NCBI GenBank assembly: GCA_964534375.1
Contig: CAZHPN010000093.1
Span: 1-22,467 of the forward strand
Length of the DNA: 22,467 bases
Direction: 5' to 3'
Origin: an uncultured bacterium
GTDB lineage: Bacteria; Lernaellota; Lernaellaia; Lernaellales; Lernaellaceae
The notes under the pieces are model-generated. The model was given only the letters and a program-made list of their open reading frames with translations. It ran no database searches and was not told the DNA's origin. This document shows, piece by piece, positions 7,228 through 15,861 of the stretch. Position 1 is the first letter of the stretch, and each line of letters opens with the position of its first letter. The translations under genes were made by a program, and so were the position numbers.

Positions 7228-7254
7228 TAGGCTGGGCTGGCTCGGGCCATTGCC

Positions 7255-8481
7255 TTACGATCCCAATTCCGCCTGCAACGCCTCCGCCAGCCGGTCGTAA
7301 TCGCGAGGCGAATTGTAAATTTGCGCCGAAACGCGCACGAGGCGGCGGCCGGCGTCGGGCCAGGCGATGATCGGAACTTCGATGCCGTATTTCTCCCACA
7401 GCAGGCGCTGGAACGGATCGGCGTCGCCGCCCGGGCCCGGGAAGCGCGCGGCAATCTGCGGCGCGGGCCACGCGGCCATCGAGCCGAGCATCTCCGGCGG
7501 GCACGGCGCTTCGCCGCCGAGGGCCGCGGCGAGGCGGTCGCGCGCCGCGAGCGCCTGCGCGCGGTTGCGCCCCATCAATTCGGGCCAGCCGCCGGGCAGC
7601 AACGAGCCAAGAAAACGAGTGGCTTCGGGCACGCACAAATACGGCGACGGGTCGTGCGTGCCGGTCCAATCGAATTCGAGTTGATAGCGCGAGCGATCCG
7701 GCGCCGTTTGCGAATAACCGTGGCTGACGACCGGCGGGTGCAACCCCGCCTGACGGTCGCGGCGCGCGACGAGAAAACCGGCGCTCTTTGGCGCGCAGAG
7801 CCATTTGTGACAATTGCCGACGTAATATGCCGCGCCGAGTTCGCGCAGATTCAGCGGCAGCATGCCGGGCGCGTGGGCGCCGTCGACCAGCGCGTCGACA
7901 CCCCGCGCCGCCAGTTCGGCGACGAGCCGCTCGACCGGCAACACGATCGCCGTCGGGCTGGTCACGTGGTCGAGCAGCGCCAGCCGTGTCCGCGACGTGA
8001 CGCGGGCCAACACAGCTTCGACGACCTGCTCCGGCTCGCGCAGCGGAAACGGCACAGCCGCCTCAACCACGCGCGCGCCGTCGCGTTCGGCGACGTACCG
8101 CGCGGCGTTGCGGCAGGCGTTGTAGACGTGGTCGATGATCAGAATCTCATCGCCGGGCCGCAAGCGCAGCGAGCGCAGCACGGCGTTGACGCCGGCGGTG
8201 GCGTTGGCGACGAAGACGAGATCCGCCGGGTCGGCCCCGACGAACTCCGCCAGCGCCGCGCGGGCGGCGCTCAGCAGGCCCGGCCATTCGCGCACCAGAA
8301 AATCGACCGGATCGCCTTCGAGCCGCTCGCGCAGCCGCGCCTGCGCCGCCAGCACCGGCCGCGGACAGGCGCCGAACGACCCGTGATTTAGAAATGTGAT
8401 ATCCGGCCGCAGCGGCCAGTGCCGGCGATAGGGGTTGTCGGCGTCGCTCGCCGCGCGATCCGCCGCCGCGCTTCCGCTCAC
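7255..8481 (-). CDS. Class V PLP-dependent enzyme (isopenicillin N epimerase / EgtE / L-cysteine desulfhydrase-like)
   Basis: FLNHGSFGACP, NATAGVNAVL, DHVTSPTA, VDGAHAPG, PLP-lysine motif GNCHKWLCAPK, WTGTHDPS, RVSAQIYN. GTG start at 8481 overlaps the upstream TGA (GTGA). Confidence 0.88.
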   Translation of the reverse strand: MSGSAAADRAASDADNPYRRHWPLRPDITFLNHGSFGACPRPVLAAQARLRERLEGDPVDFLVREWPGLLSAARAALAEFVGADPADLVFVANATAGVNAVLRSLRLRPGDEILIIDHVYNACRNAARYVAERDGARVVEAAVPFPLREPEQVVEAVLARVTSRTRLALLDHVTSPTAIVLPVERLVAELAARGVDALVDGAHAPGMLPLNLRELGAAYYVGNCHKWLCAPKSAGFLVARRDRQAGLHPPVVSHGYSQTAPDRSRYQLEFDWTGTHDPSPYLCVPEATRFLGSLLPGGWPELMGRNRAQALAARDRLAAALGGEAPCPPEMLGSMAAWPAPQIAARFPGPGGDADPFQRLLWEKYGIEVPIIAWPDAGRRLVRVSAQIYNSPRDYDRLAEALQAELGS

Positions 8482-9629
8482 GTCAAGAACCGCCGGGTGA
8501 ACCAGCGGACCGCGCGGTACACCACCGACATCCTCTCGCCGATCGCGTTGTGCGGGCACGATTCGTGGCAGCAGAAGCACTCGATGCACAGATCGCGGTT
8601 GATGGCCGCCGCCTCGGGGCCGAGCGAGATCGCGCCGACCGGGCACATCCGGCGGCAGGCGCCGCACAGCTTGCACTGGTCGACGAGAATCTGCGGCCGG
8701 ATGCGCCACACCCGAAAGAAAATCCGCACCAGAAAATTCGGCGGCGAGCCGAACGCGCGCGGCGGCGGCTCGAACGGCACGCGGACTTCGGCCGGCGTCG
8801 GGCCGTCGAATTCGATCCGCGCCACGTCCGCCTCGCCGAGCCCTTCCTCGCCGGCGATGCGCACGTGCGGGACTTTCATCCGCGTCCAATTGACGCACTC
8901 CAGCGCCGTCGCATCGAGGGCCACGGCGTCGGTCGAGGCCAGAATCACCCCGAGTTGTTTCTGTTTGCCCTGCCCCGGACCGCGGCCCTCCATGCCGATC
9001 ACCGCGTCCATCACGGTCAAATCCGGCGGGCGCACGCGGAAGATATCGACCAGCGCCTCGGAAAACGGCTCGATTTCGTTGAGGTGATGGGCGCGCCGGC
9101 GGTCGCGGCTGGAAATGGTCCCGAACCAATTCTTGATCGCGCCGGTGTAGAGCGCCTGCAGGTGGCTTTTCAATTTCGGCGCATTGATCACGACGTCGGC
9201 GTCGAGCACGTCATTCGCGAACATCAGGCTCGGCAGCCGGCGCGCGCGGGGCACGGGAGTTTCGCGGAAACCGTTGCGGCTGAACGGCGCGATATCCACG
9301 CCCTCGTCGCGGCAGATCGCGGCCATGCCGCTGCGCTCCAGCGCGCGCTCGGGTTCGTCGGTCAGGTCCATGCCCGGCATGTCGGCGACCAGGATCGCCG
9401 CCGCCCCCGCCGCCTGGCAGACGCCGATCAACGCCCGCACGACCTCGGGATGCGTGCAGACCGCTTTTTCCGGCGGGGCGTCGGACAAAATATTGACCTT
9501 GATCAACACGCGCTTGCCGCGCGCCAGCGCGGGGAAATCGACCGCGGCCGCGACGGCCGCGGCCACGGCCTGCCGCACTTCTTCGCGGTTATACGCGCCG
9601 CACCGGCGAATGGCCACTTTGCTGGGCAT
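8478..9629 (-). CDS. DUF362 domain protein with C-terminal 2[4Fe-4S] ferredoxin domain
   Basis: VLIKVN, THPEVV, INAPKLKSH, TGAIKN, DAVIGMEGRGP, DAVALD; CKLCGACRRMCP and CIECFCCHESCP. AAGGAG RBS. Confidence 0.9.
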   Translation of the reverse strand: MPSKVAIRRCGAYNREEVRQAVAAAVAAAVDFPALARGKRVLIKVNILSDAPPEKAVCTHPEVVRALIGVCQAAGAAAILVADMPGMDLTDEPERALERSGMAAICRDEGVDIAPFSRNGFRETPVPRARRLPSLMFANDVLDADVVINAPKLKSHLQALYTGAIKNWFGTISSRDRRRAHHLNEIEPFSEALVDIFRVRPPDLTVMDAVIGMEGRGPGQGKQKQLGVILASTDAVALDATALECVNWTRMKVPHVRIAGEEGLGEADVARIEFDGPTPAEVRVPFEPPPRAFGSPPNFLVRIFFRVWRIRPQILVDQCKLCGACRRMCPVGAISLGPEAAAINRDLCIECFCCHESCPHNAIGERMSVVYRAVRWFTRRFLT

Positions 9630-9775
9630 GAGATCTCCTTTCGCGTCCGCCTAATCTGCGAAGAAACGCGCCGCCGGTCAATCGCATTTAACCGCCCGCG
9701 CCACAAACGCAAAACGGGCGAGGAATCTCTCCCTCGCCCGTAAGACACGTTCGGCCAAACCGCCGCGGCCGCCCG

Positions 9776-10426
9776 CTAGCAGGCGTTCATGCAGTTGATC
9801 AGGGCTGTCGCCTGCGCCTGCGTCGGCGGGCTGGAGCACGGGTTGCTGCTCACGCACGTGGCGAAGCAGGACCAGTTGTCCGTGGTGTCGCTCGAGCAAT
9901 ACGCCATTTCGTCCATGAGCGGCACGTAGTAGTTCGTGTTTTGTTGGAACGTGAACGCGACGCCGCACGAGTAGAGTGCGTAAGCCGTGTGGCCGCAGCC
10001 CGAGCCGGGATCGGCCGGCTGCAAGCAGGCCGTGAAGCAACTCTTCGAACAGGATTGCGCGACGGCGCAATTATCCATGCAGTTCCAGAACGGGTCGGCC
10101 CCGCCGTTGAACATCTGGTCGCAATCCTGGCACCACGTGACCATTTGGGCCTGTGTGACCTGATTGCCCTGGTCGTCATTCAACGTGACTTGGCAGGTCC
10201 CGACGACGTCTTGCGCCACGGTGGTGCAATCGGTGGGGGCGTTGTCATCGTCATTGTCGTCGTCGTCGTCGCCGGAATTGTCGTCATCGTCGTCGGCAGC
10301 CGGCGAGGCGTCGTCGTCGGGGATGACCGTGCTGGTCGTCGTCGTGGTGGTCGTACAGCACACGATGATCGCGCCGAGCAACGCGAGGAGCCCGGCAAGC
10401 AGGAACGCCAAGAATTCGCGCCTCAT
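9776..10426 (-). CDS. Cys-rich exported protein/lipoprotein with Thr- and Asp-rich linker (216 aa)
   Basis: GGAGG-containing RBS; MRREF plus hydrophobic signal ending IIVCC; poly-T and poly-D linker; two Cys-rich helical units. Paralogous to 11082-11735. Confidence 0.8.
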   Translation of the reverse strand: MRREFLAFLLAGLLALLGAIIVCCTTTTTTTSTVIPDDDASPAADDDDDNSGDDDDDNDDDNAPTDCTTVAQDVVGTCQVTLNDDQGNQVTQAQMVTWCQDCDQMFNGGADPFWNCMDNCAVAQSCSKSCFTACLQPADPGSGCGHTAYALYSCGVAFTFQQNTNYYVPLMDEMAYCSSDTTDNWSCFATCVSSNPCSSPPTQAQATALINCMNAC

Positions 10427-10498
10427 TTCCTTCCTCCTGAAAAACGTTGAAACACAATGGCCGTCTAACATTTGCGCCGCGAATCGCGCGGTTTGGCG

Positions 10499-10528
10499 AC
10501 TGTAGACCGGCGGCTCGGTCGGCGTCAA
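10499..10528 (-). promoter_or_regulatory. Putative sigma70 promoter
   Basis: Minus strand TTGACG-N18-TACAGT upstream of the 10426 start. Confidence 0.4.
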
Positions 10529-10576
10529 CCGGCGGCCGAAATGTCGCAGGAAATCGAGAAGAGGAATGGAAAAACT

Positions 10577-10659
10577 CACGCGGAAACGCGGAGCGCGCCG
10601 AAAAACTGAGCGGCCGAGTCCAGTCCTCAGCCTTTCCGCGGTCGCTGCGTCTCCTCGTG
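10577..10659. repeat. Imperfect intergenic palindrome (REP-like)
   Basis: CACGCGGAAACGCGG...CTGAG...CTCAG...CTGCGTCTCCTCGTG arms are partly complementary. Confidence 0.45.
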
Positions 10660-10675
10660 GAATCCCGTCCGAAAA

Positions 10676-11023
10676 TCACACGCCCTTGAGCGCCTCGGCG
10701 AGGCAGTTCGCCATCGCGTCGCAGTTGCCGGCGTTGTCGTCGATGCACTGGGCGAAGGCGCCGTCGGGGCCGTAGCCCGCCTGGTTCTGCGCGCAGGCCG
10801 TCAGAACGCGTTCTTCCGGAAAGGCGACGCTGTTGTTGTCCTCGAACGAGAGGCCGCACCCGATGTACATCTGGTCGTAAATGGCGTGGCACACTTTGTC
10901 GTACGGACCCAGGACGCTGGCGGGCGGATAATACGTCGGCTTGTTGCTGGCCATGCACGCCGCGGCGAAGCCCGCCGCCACGATCAACAAAATCGCCGCC
11001 AACCGGAATTTCTTGCTGTACAT
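10676..11023 (-). CDS. Small Cys-rich lipoprotein (115 aa)
   Basis: AAGGGGTG RBS-like sequence; MYSKKFR plus hydrophobic stretch and AAAC lipobox; 6 Cys in the mature domain. Confidence 0.75.
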   Translation of the reverse strand: MYSKKFRLAAILLIVAAGFAAACMASNKPTYYPPASVLGPYDKVCHAIYDQMYIGCGLSFEDNNSVAFPEERVLTACAQNQAGYGPDGAFAQCIDDNAGNCDAMANCLAEALKGV

Positions 11024-11081
11024 GCTCACCCCTTCGCGCGGCGTCCGCGCCGGGGCCGTCGGGCCCCGCAAGACGCGGCGA

Positions 11082-11735
11082 CTAGCACTTCGTGACGCAC
11101 GCGACCATCGCCTGAGTTTGCGCGGACGTCGGCGGCGAGGAACACGTTACGGTGGACGTGCAATTGGCCAAGCATGACCAATTCAACGTCGTCATCGTCG
11201 GGCACGCCGCCTGCAGGTCCATTTCCAGGATGTAATACTTGAGATGGGCGGGGAACGGAATCTCCACGCCGCACGCGTACATCAGGTGCGCCGTGTGATT
11301 GCAGCCCGTGCCGCCGGGATCGCCCGGTTGCAGGCACGCCGTAAAGCAAGCCGCGCTGCACGCCGTATCCACCGCGCAATTGCCCAGGCAGTCCCATGCC
11401 GGGGATTTCACCTTGTCGAACAGTTCCTCGGAATAGCCGCACCATTCGGCGCCGTCGAGGGCGTCCGCCGGCGTGCCGTTCGTCTCGGGCAACACGAGCT
11501 TGCAAACGCCGATCGCCTTCGCCGCGATCTGCAGGCAGTTGAGGTCGGCCGCGTCGTCGTCGTCATCGCTCGGCGATTGATCGTCGTCCGCCGGCGAGGA
11601 ATCGTCGTCGGCCGGGGATTCGTCGTCATCCCCCGGCGCCGGGCTGCTCTTGCTGCTGGACTTGCCGCAGGCCAGCGCCACGCAGATCGCCAGCGCCGCC
11701 AGCGCCAGCACTGTCAATAAATATGGCCGTTTCAT
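11082..11735 (-). CDS. Cys-rich lipoprotein with Asp-rich linker (217 aa)
   Basis: GGAG RBS; MKRPY plus hydrophobic stretch and ALAC lipobox; DDxSPA repeats; shares W.C..NCAV...CS..CFTACLQP.DPG with 9776-10426. Confidence 0.82.
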   Translation of the reverse strand: MKRPYLLTVLALAALAICVALACGKSSSKSSPAPGDDDESPADDDSSPADDDQSPSDDDDDAADLNCLQIAAKAIGVCKLVLPETNGTPADALDGAEWCGYSEELFDKVKSPAWDCLGNCAVDTACSAACFTACLQPGDPGGTGCNHTAHLMYACGVEIPFPAHLKYYILEMDLQAACPTMTTLNWSCLANCTSTVTCSSPPTSAQTQAMVACVTKC

Positions 11736-11805
11736 GCTGTTTCTCCCGCAACACGATGGCGCTTTCACGCCCGCCTCGTCCACATTTCTCGGCAATTCGC
11801 GAGCG

Positions 11806-11835
11806 AATCTACACCCGCGGCTCCCGCGCGGTCAA
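11806..11835 (-). promoter_or_regulatory. Putative sigma70 promoter
   Basis: Minus strand TTGACC-N18-TAGATT upstream of the 11735 start. Confidence 0.4.
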
Positions 11836-11868
11836 ACGCGGAGGGACCGCCAAATCGCCCATCCGCCG

Positions 11869-12738
11869 TCAAACCGTCGCCGCGCGCACAACGTGGCCGC
11901 CGCGGTCCGGCAAGTCCCCTCCCCGGCCTGCAAACCACCGTCGCCGGATCGCCGCCGGGCCGAGATCTTCGATGTCGCGGAAACCCAGCGCCGCCAGTTT
12001 GGCGCGCAACGCGTCCGTTTCGAAACAGCTCCGGAAATTCTCGCCCACGGCGGCGACGCGCGCGGCCAGCGCCTCGTGTTCGGCGGCGGCTTCGTCGCGG
12101 TCGTCGCCGGCGGCCGGTGGGTTGCTGTAATCGAACACGACGTGGGCGCCGCCGGGCAGCCCGGCGATGAAGCCGAGCGTCGAAAAAACGGCCTGCTCGG
12201 TGAGATAAGGCACAACGCCCAGCCACGTGAAAAAGCATGGCTGCGCCGGATCGAAGCCGGCGGCGGCCAGGCCGTCCGCCAAATTTTCCCGCTCGAAATC
12301 GATCGGCGCGAAGGTGAGCAGGCGCGGTTCCGGGATCGCCGCCGCAACAAGCCGCTCGCGTTTCCACGCCTGCGTCGCTGGGCGGTCAACCTCGAAGATG
12401 CGCAGGGTTTCCGCAAACGGCGTGCGGCAGGCGTAGGTGTCGAGGCCGGCCCCGAGCACGACCAACTGCCGGACGCCGCCGGCAACCACGGCGGCCAGCG
12501 CATCCTCAGCAAAGCGCGAGCGCACGGCAATGAACAAGCGCAGCCGCCGCTCGGACGGATCGCCTTGCGCGGCTCGCACCGCCGCTTCCGCCTCGGCCCC
12601 CAGGATGCGCAGCGCCAGCGGATCGGTGAAAATCCGTCCGCCTTCCAGCACCTGGTGAACGGCCCGATGGACCGCGGCGCCCAGCGCGGTGCGGCTCGGT
12701 TGGCCGCCGTCCATCGCAATTTTGCGCTCGCCGGTCAT
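11869..12738 (-). CDS. SAM-dependent methyltransferase, leucine-carboxyl-methyltransferase (LCM)-like family
   Basis: SRTALGAAVHRAVH, FTDPLA, RSRFAED, QLVVLGAGLDT, FEVDRPATQAWK, WLGVVPYLT, VVFDY. Start is ATG 12738 (ATGA overlap) or 12714. Confidence 0.88.
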   Translation of the reverse strand: MTGERKIAMDGGQPSRTALGAAVHRAVHQVLEGGRIFTDPLALRILGAEAEAAVRAAQGDPSERRLRLFIAVRSRFAEDALAAVVAGGVRQLVVLGAGLDTYACRTPFAETLRIFEVDRPATQAWKRERLVAAAIPEPRLLTFAPIDFERENLADGLAAAGFDPAQPCFFTWLGVVPYLTEQAVFSTLGFIAGLPGGAHVVFDYSNPPAAGDDRDEAAAEHEALAARVAAVGENFRSCFETDALRAKLAALGFRDIEDLGPAAIRRRWFAGRGGDLPDRGGHVVRAATV

Positions 12739-14207
12739 CCGAGCCGGCCTCGCGTTTGCCGGCGCGAAAACCGCCCGGTGAAGAACACGGCGAACCGCGC
12801 GGCGGCGGCGCGCGGATTGCGGCGCGCGATGCGGAAAAACCGGCGGAGCAGCCGCCAGGGGTTCTGGTTGTAACGGTCCACCCGCCCGAGCAATTCTTCG
12901 ACGAGCGGCAGAAAACGCTCGCGCGGCACGGCGGACAAACCCATCAGCGGGCTCTGGTGAAAAAACGTCTGCCAGTCCGGCCGTTCCGGAACCAGCCCCT
13001 GCGCGCGCGCCGCGTCCCAAATCGCCGTGCCCGGGTACGGCGTCAGGATGCTGGCGACGAGGAAATCCGGCCGGCAACCGCGCGCGAAAGCGATCGTTCG
13101 GCGCATCTGCGGCTCGGTCTCGCCGGGAAAGCCGAACATGATGAACGCCGAGGTCGAGATGCCGCGGCGATGGGCGAGCCGAAAACCGGCGGCGATCTGT
13201 TCCAGCGTCTCGCCTTTCTCCGCCTGCGCGAGGATTTCCGCGTCGCCGCTCTCGATGCCGATGCTGATCTGCACGCAGCCGGCGGCGGCCATCGCCGCGA
13301 CGCGCTCCTCGTCGAGACAATCGGCGCGCGTGTCGCACCGCCAGACGACGCCCGGCAGCCTCCGGCGAATCCGTTCGCAAATATCCAGCGTCCGTTCTTT
13401 TTTCAGCGTGAACGTGTCGTCGCGGATATTGAAATACGTCGTGCGGAAACGCGCGCGCACCTCGGCCATTTCGGCGACAATGTTCTCCGGGTCGCGGTAC
13501 CGCACGCGGCGGCCCCAGATCGTCTTGCTCGCGCAATAGCTGCAGCCGAACGGGCAGCCCCGCGCCGAAAACATCACGCCAAACGCGTACGGATGATAAA
13601 TTTCCTTGTCGATCAACCGCTCGCGCGCCGGCGGCGGCAACGCGTCCAGGTCGTCGATCGGCAAACGCGCGGGGCCGACTTCCGCGCCCTCGCCGCGCCG
13701 CACGGCCAAGCCGGGCAGCGGCCCGTTCGCCGTCGCGCCCGCGAGATATTCCACGGCGGTCCGCTCGCCCTCGCCGATCACGGCGGCGTCGAACACCGCG
13801 CTTTCCAAAAGCTCGGCCGGCCGCAGCGTCGCGTGCGGACCGCCGGCGACGACGCGGCAGCCTGGCGCCTGCTCGCGCGCCAACCGCGCCACGACCGCCG
13901 CGGCGGCGGTTTGCCCCGTTTTCACGTGGATGCCGACCACTTCCGGCCGAAACTCGCGAATTTGCCGCGCCGCGTTTTGATAGGCCGGATCGTCGCCGTT
14001 TTCCAATCGCCGCTGATATTCCGCGAAACGCCCGGTCAGGCCGCCCGTCGAAAAATTCGCCGTCGGGCCGCGATCGGCGTTGCAAATCGCCGTCTCGTGG
14101 CCGGCCGCGGCAAGCGCCGCCGCGACGTAGCCCAGGCCCATCGGGAACTCGTTGAACCCGGCGCCCTGAAAAACGTACCAGGGCGGATTGATCAGCAAAA
14201 CGCGCAA
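12735..14207 (-). CDS. Cobalamin (B12)-binding radical SAM enzyme
   Basis: RVLLINPP...PMGLGYVAA, VVAGGPHAT, VIGEGE, SARGCPFGCSYC, DDTFT, IGIESG, FIMFGFPGET, TPYPGT. TTG start at 14207 with a GGAGG RBS. Confidence 0.92.
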   Translation of the reverse strand: MRVLLINPPWYVFQGAGFNEFPMGLGYVAAALAAAGHETAICNADRGPTANFSTGGLTGRFAEYQRRLENGDDPAYQNAARQIREFRPEVVGIHVKTGQTAAAAVVARLAREQAPGCRVVAGGPHATLRPAELLESAVFDAAVIGEGERTAVEYLAGATANGPLPGLAVRRGEGAEVGPARLPIDDLDALPPPARERLIDKEIYHPYAFGVMFSARGCPFGCSYCASKTIWGRRVRYRDPENIVAEMAEVRARFRTTYFNIRDDTFTLKKERTLDICERIRRRLPGVVWRCDTRADCLDEERVAAMAAAGCVQISIGIESGDAEILAQAEKGETLEQIAAGFRLAHRRGISTSAFIMFGFPGETEPQMRRTIAFARGCRPDFLVASILTPYPGTAIWDAARAQGLVPERPDWQTFFHQSPLMGLSAVPRERFLPLVEELLGRVDRYNQNPWRLLRRFFRIARRNPRAAAARFAVFFTGRFSRRQTRGRLG

Positions 14208-14229
14208 CGGACACCTCCGGCGCCGCCCG

Positions 14230-15861
14230 TCACGGACGCCGCTCGTAGATCGTGTAACCGGCCGCGCCGTGCGCCGGCGCATACCGCGCGCTCAGCCACG
14301 CGCGCAGCCGCGCCTCGAATTCGTCGACGGCGGCGCGGTCCGCCGGATCGAAAGAAAATTGGTTGCGGTTCGCCGTGATCCGGATGAAAAACCGCGGCGG
14401 CGCGGCCGCAAGCTGTTTCAGGAAGTCGTCTTGCAGCCCTTTGACATAGGCGCTGCTCGGATGCACGTAAAACTGATAATCGACATAGTACCGTGTCGCC
14501 GTGTCGATCTGCGCCCGCCACGCCGCGTCCGTTCCGCCGCCGAACCAATCCATGAACTGCGCCGCGTCGCCCGGCGCGGCGCGCTCCTTGAGATATGCCG
14601 CGATCTCCCGCGGCCGCGCCCCCATGCATTGCTGCGGCGGACGGCCGGCCGCTTGCCGCACGAACGAACGCGGCCACAACGCCGCCGAACCCAGCAATAT
14701 CGGCAGCAGCACGGCCAGCGGCGCCCAGCGCTTGAACGCCGGCAGGCCGGCCGCCGGTTCGAACCCCGCGCCAAACGCGGCGAGCAGCGTCAGGAAATAT
14801 CCCAGCGGCAGCCAGACGTACGGGTGCGGCTGGCCGACCAGCACGACCGTCAGCGCGAAGATCGCCGCGCCGGCGAGCGCGAGCCCCACGACGCCGCGGC
14901 GTTGCGAATCCGCCGCCGACATCCGCCAGACCTTCCACAACCCGATCGCGGCCGGCGCCGACAGAAAGAGCCACGGCAGCGGGAAACGTTTCGGCAGCAT
15001 TTCGAAGCGCATTTTCCAGGCCTTCGCGCCCGGCGCATACAGGAACGCCGCCTTCTCGACGAACATGTGCGTGTGATACGGCCACCAGTGGCGGGCCATT
15101 TCGAGAAAGGCGTCCAGACCGCCGATGGCCCAGAGCCACAGCCCGCAAACGGCCAGCGGCGCCGCAAAACCGAGCGCCATCCCCGCCGCGCGCGGCGCGC
15201 CGAAACCGAACGCCGCGCGCACATTCGTCCGTGCATCCGGCCGGCGCCAGAATTCGAAACCGAGCAGCGCGCCGAGCCACAGCACGGCCTGCGGCTTGAG
15301 CGACGCGCCGAGCCCGACGAGCGCGCCCATCGCCGCGCCACGCAGCCACGGCCGTTTCTCGAACAGCGCAGAACCGGCGACGAGCGTCGCCCAGACGATC
15401 GGCAGAATCAGCAGATGGTCGCGCTGCAAGGTCACATATTCGCCGCGGGCGAAATACAGCCACGGGTAAAAAATCGCGCCCAGCCACCGGACGCGCCAAT
15501 CGAAGCGGCGCAGCAGCCGCGCGGTCGAAGCCGCAAGCGCCGCGAGAAACAGCAGATCGAACAGGCGCGCGCCGGCGTCGGTATAGCCGAACACGCGCGT
15601 CAGCAACGAGTGCAAAAGCATCGTCCCCGGCATGTTCGGATCGAAAATGTCGCGATAGGGCACGCGTCCCATTTTGTTGATGAGGAAGCCCAGATAATTC
15701 ATATCCAGGGCGTCCCAGCACAAATCCCAGCGCAGGGAATACGCGGCGACGACGAGCAGCAGGCCGCTCAGCAACACCAGGATCGGAACCAGCGGCAGGT
15801 CCCAATTTTCCAGGCGGCGCCGGGGCGGCAAAGGGGGATCAGGCGGGCGGCTTTGCGTCAT
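14230..15861 (-). CDS. Multi-pass membrane GT-C-type glycosyltransferase
   Basis: WDALDMNY...GRVPYRDIFDPNMPG loop after the first TM, 'LQRD', 'LKPQ', many TM segments and a periplasmic C-terminal domain. Immediately downstream of a GtrB-like GT2. Confidence 0.7.
   Translation of the reverse strand: MTQSRPPDPPLPPRRRLENWDLPLVPILVLLSGLLLVVAAYSLRWDLCWDALDMNYLGFLINKMGRVPYRDIFDPNMPGTMLLHSLLTRVFGYTDAGARLFDLLFLAALAASTARLLRRFDWRVRWLGAIFYPWLYFARGEYVTLQRDHLLILPIVWATLVAGSALFEKRPWLRGAAMGALVGLGASLKPQAVLWLGALLGFEFWRRPDARTNVRAAFGFGAPRAAGMALGFAAPLAVCGLWLWAIGGLDAFLEMARHWWPYHTHMFVEKAAFLYAPGAKAWKMRFEMLPKRFPLPWLFLSAPAAIGLWKVWRMSAADSQRRGVVGLALAGAAIFALTVVLVGQPHPYVWLPLGYFLTLLAAFGAGFEPAAGLPAFKRWAPLAVLLPILLGSAALWPRSFVRQAAGRPPQQCMGARPREIAAYLKERAAPGDAAQFMDWFGGGTDAAWRAQIDTATRYYVDYQFYVHPSSAYVKGLQDDFLKQLAAAPPRFFIRITANRNQFSFDPADRAAVDEFEARLRAWLSARYAPAHGAAGYTIYERRP

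Noticed and set aside
7194..7254. Sec read-through at other TGA stops (7194-7196, 6713-6715, 6319-6321)
   Set aside because: The proteins appear complete at these stops, there is no redox-motif context, and the extensions run into repeats or neighbouring genes.
7255..8481. Selenocysteine lyase or NifS/SufS desulfurase linked to the selenoprotein
   Set aside because: It lacks the catalytic Cys loop (SSGSAC or RxGHHC); the motifs fit the IPN-epimerase/EgtE-like branch.
11869..14214. 781-aa ORF, and similarly the 624-aa (7255-9129), 549-aa (16817-18466) and 438-aa (5005-6321) ORFs, as fusion or frameshift products
   Set aside because: The N-terminal extensions are off-frame Arg/Gly-rich readings of the upstream genes; the true starts are coupled start codons or have their own RBS.
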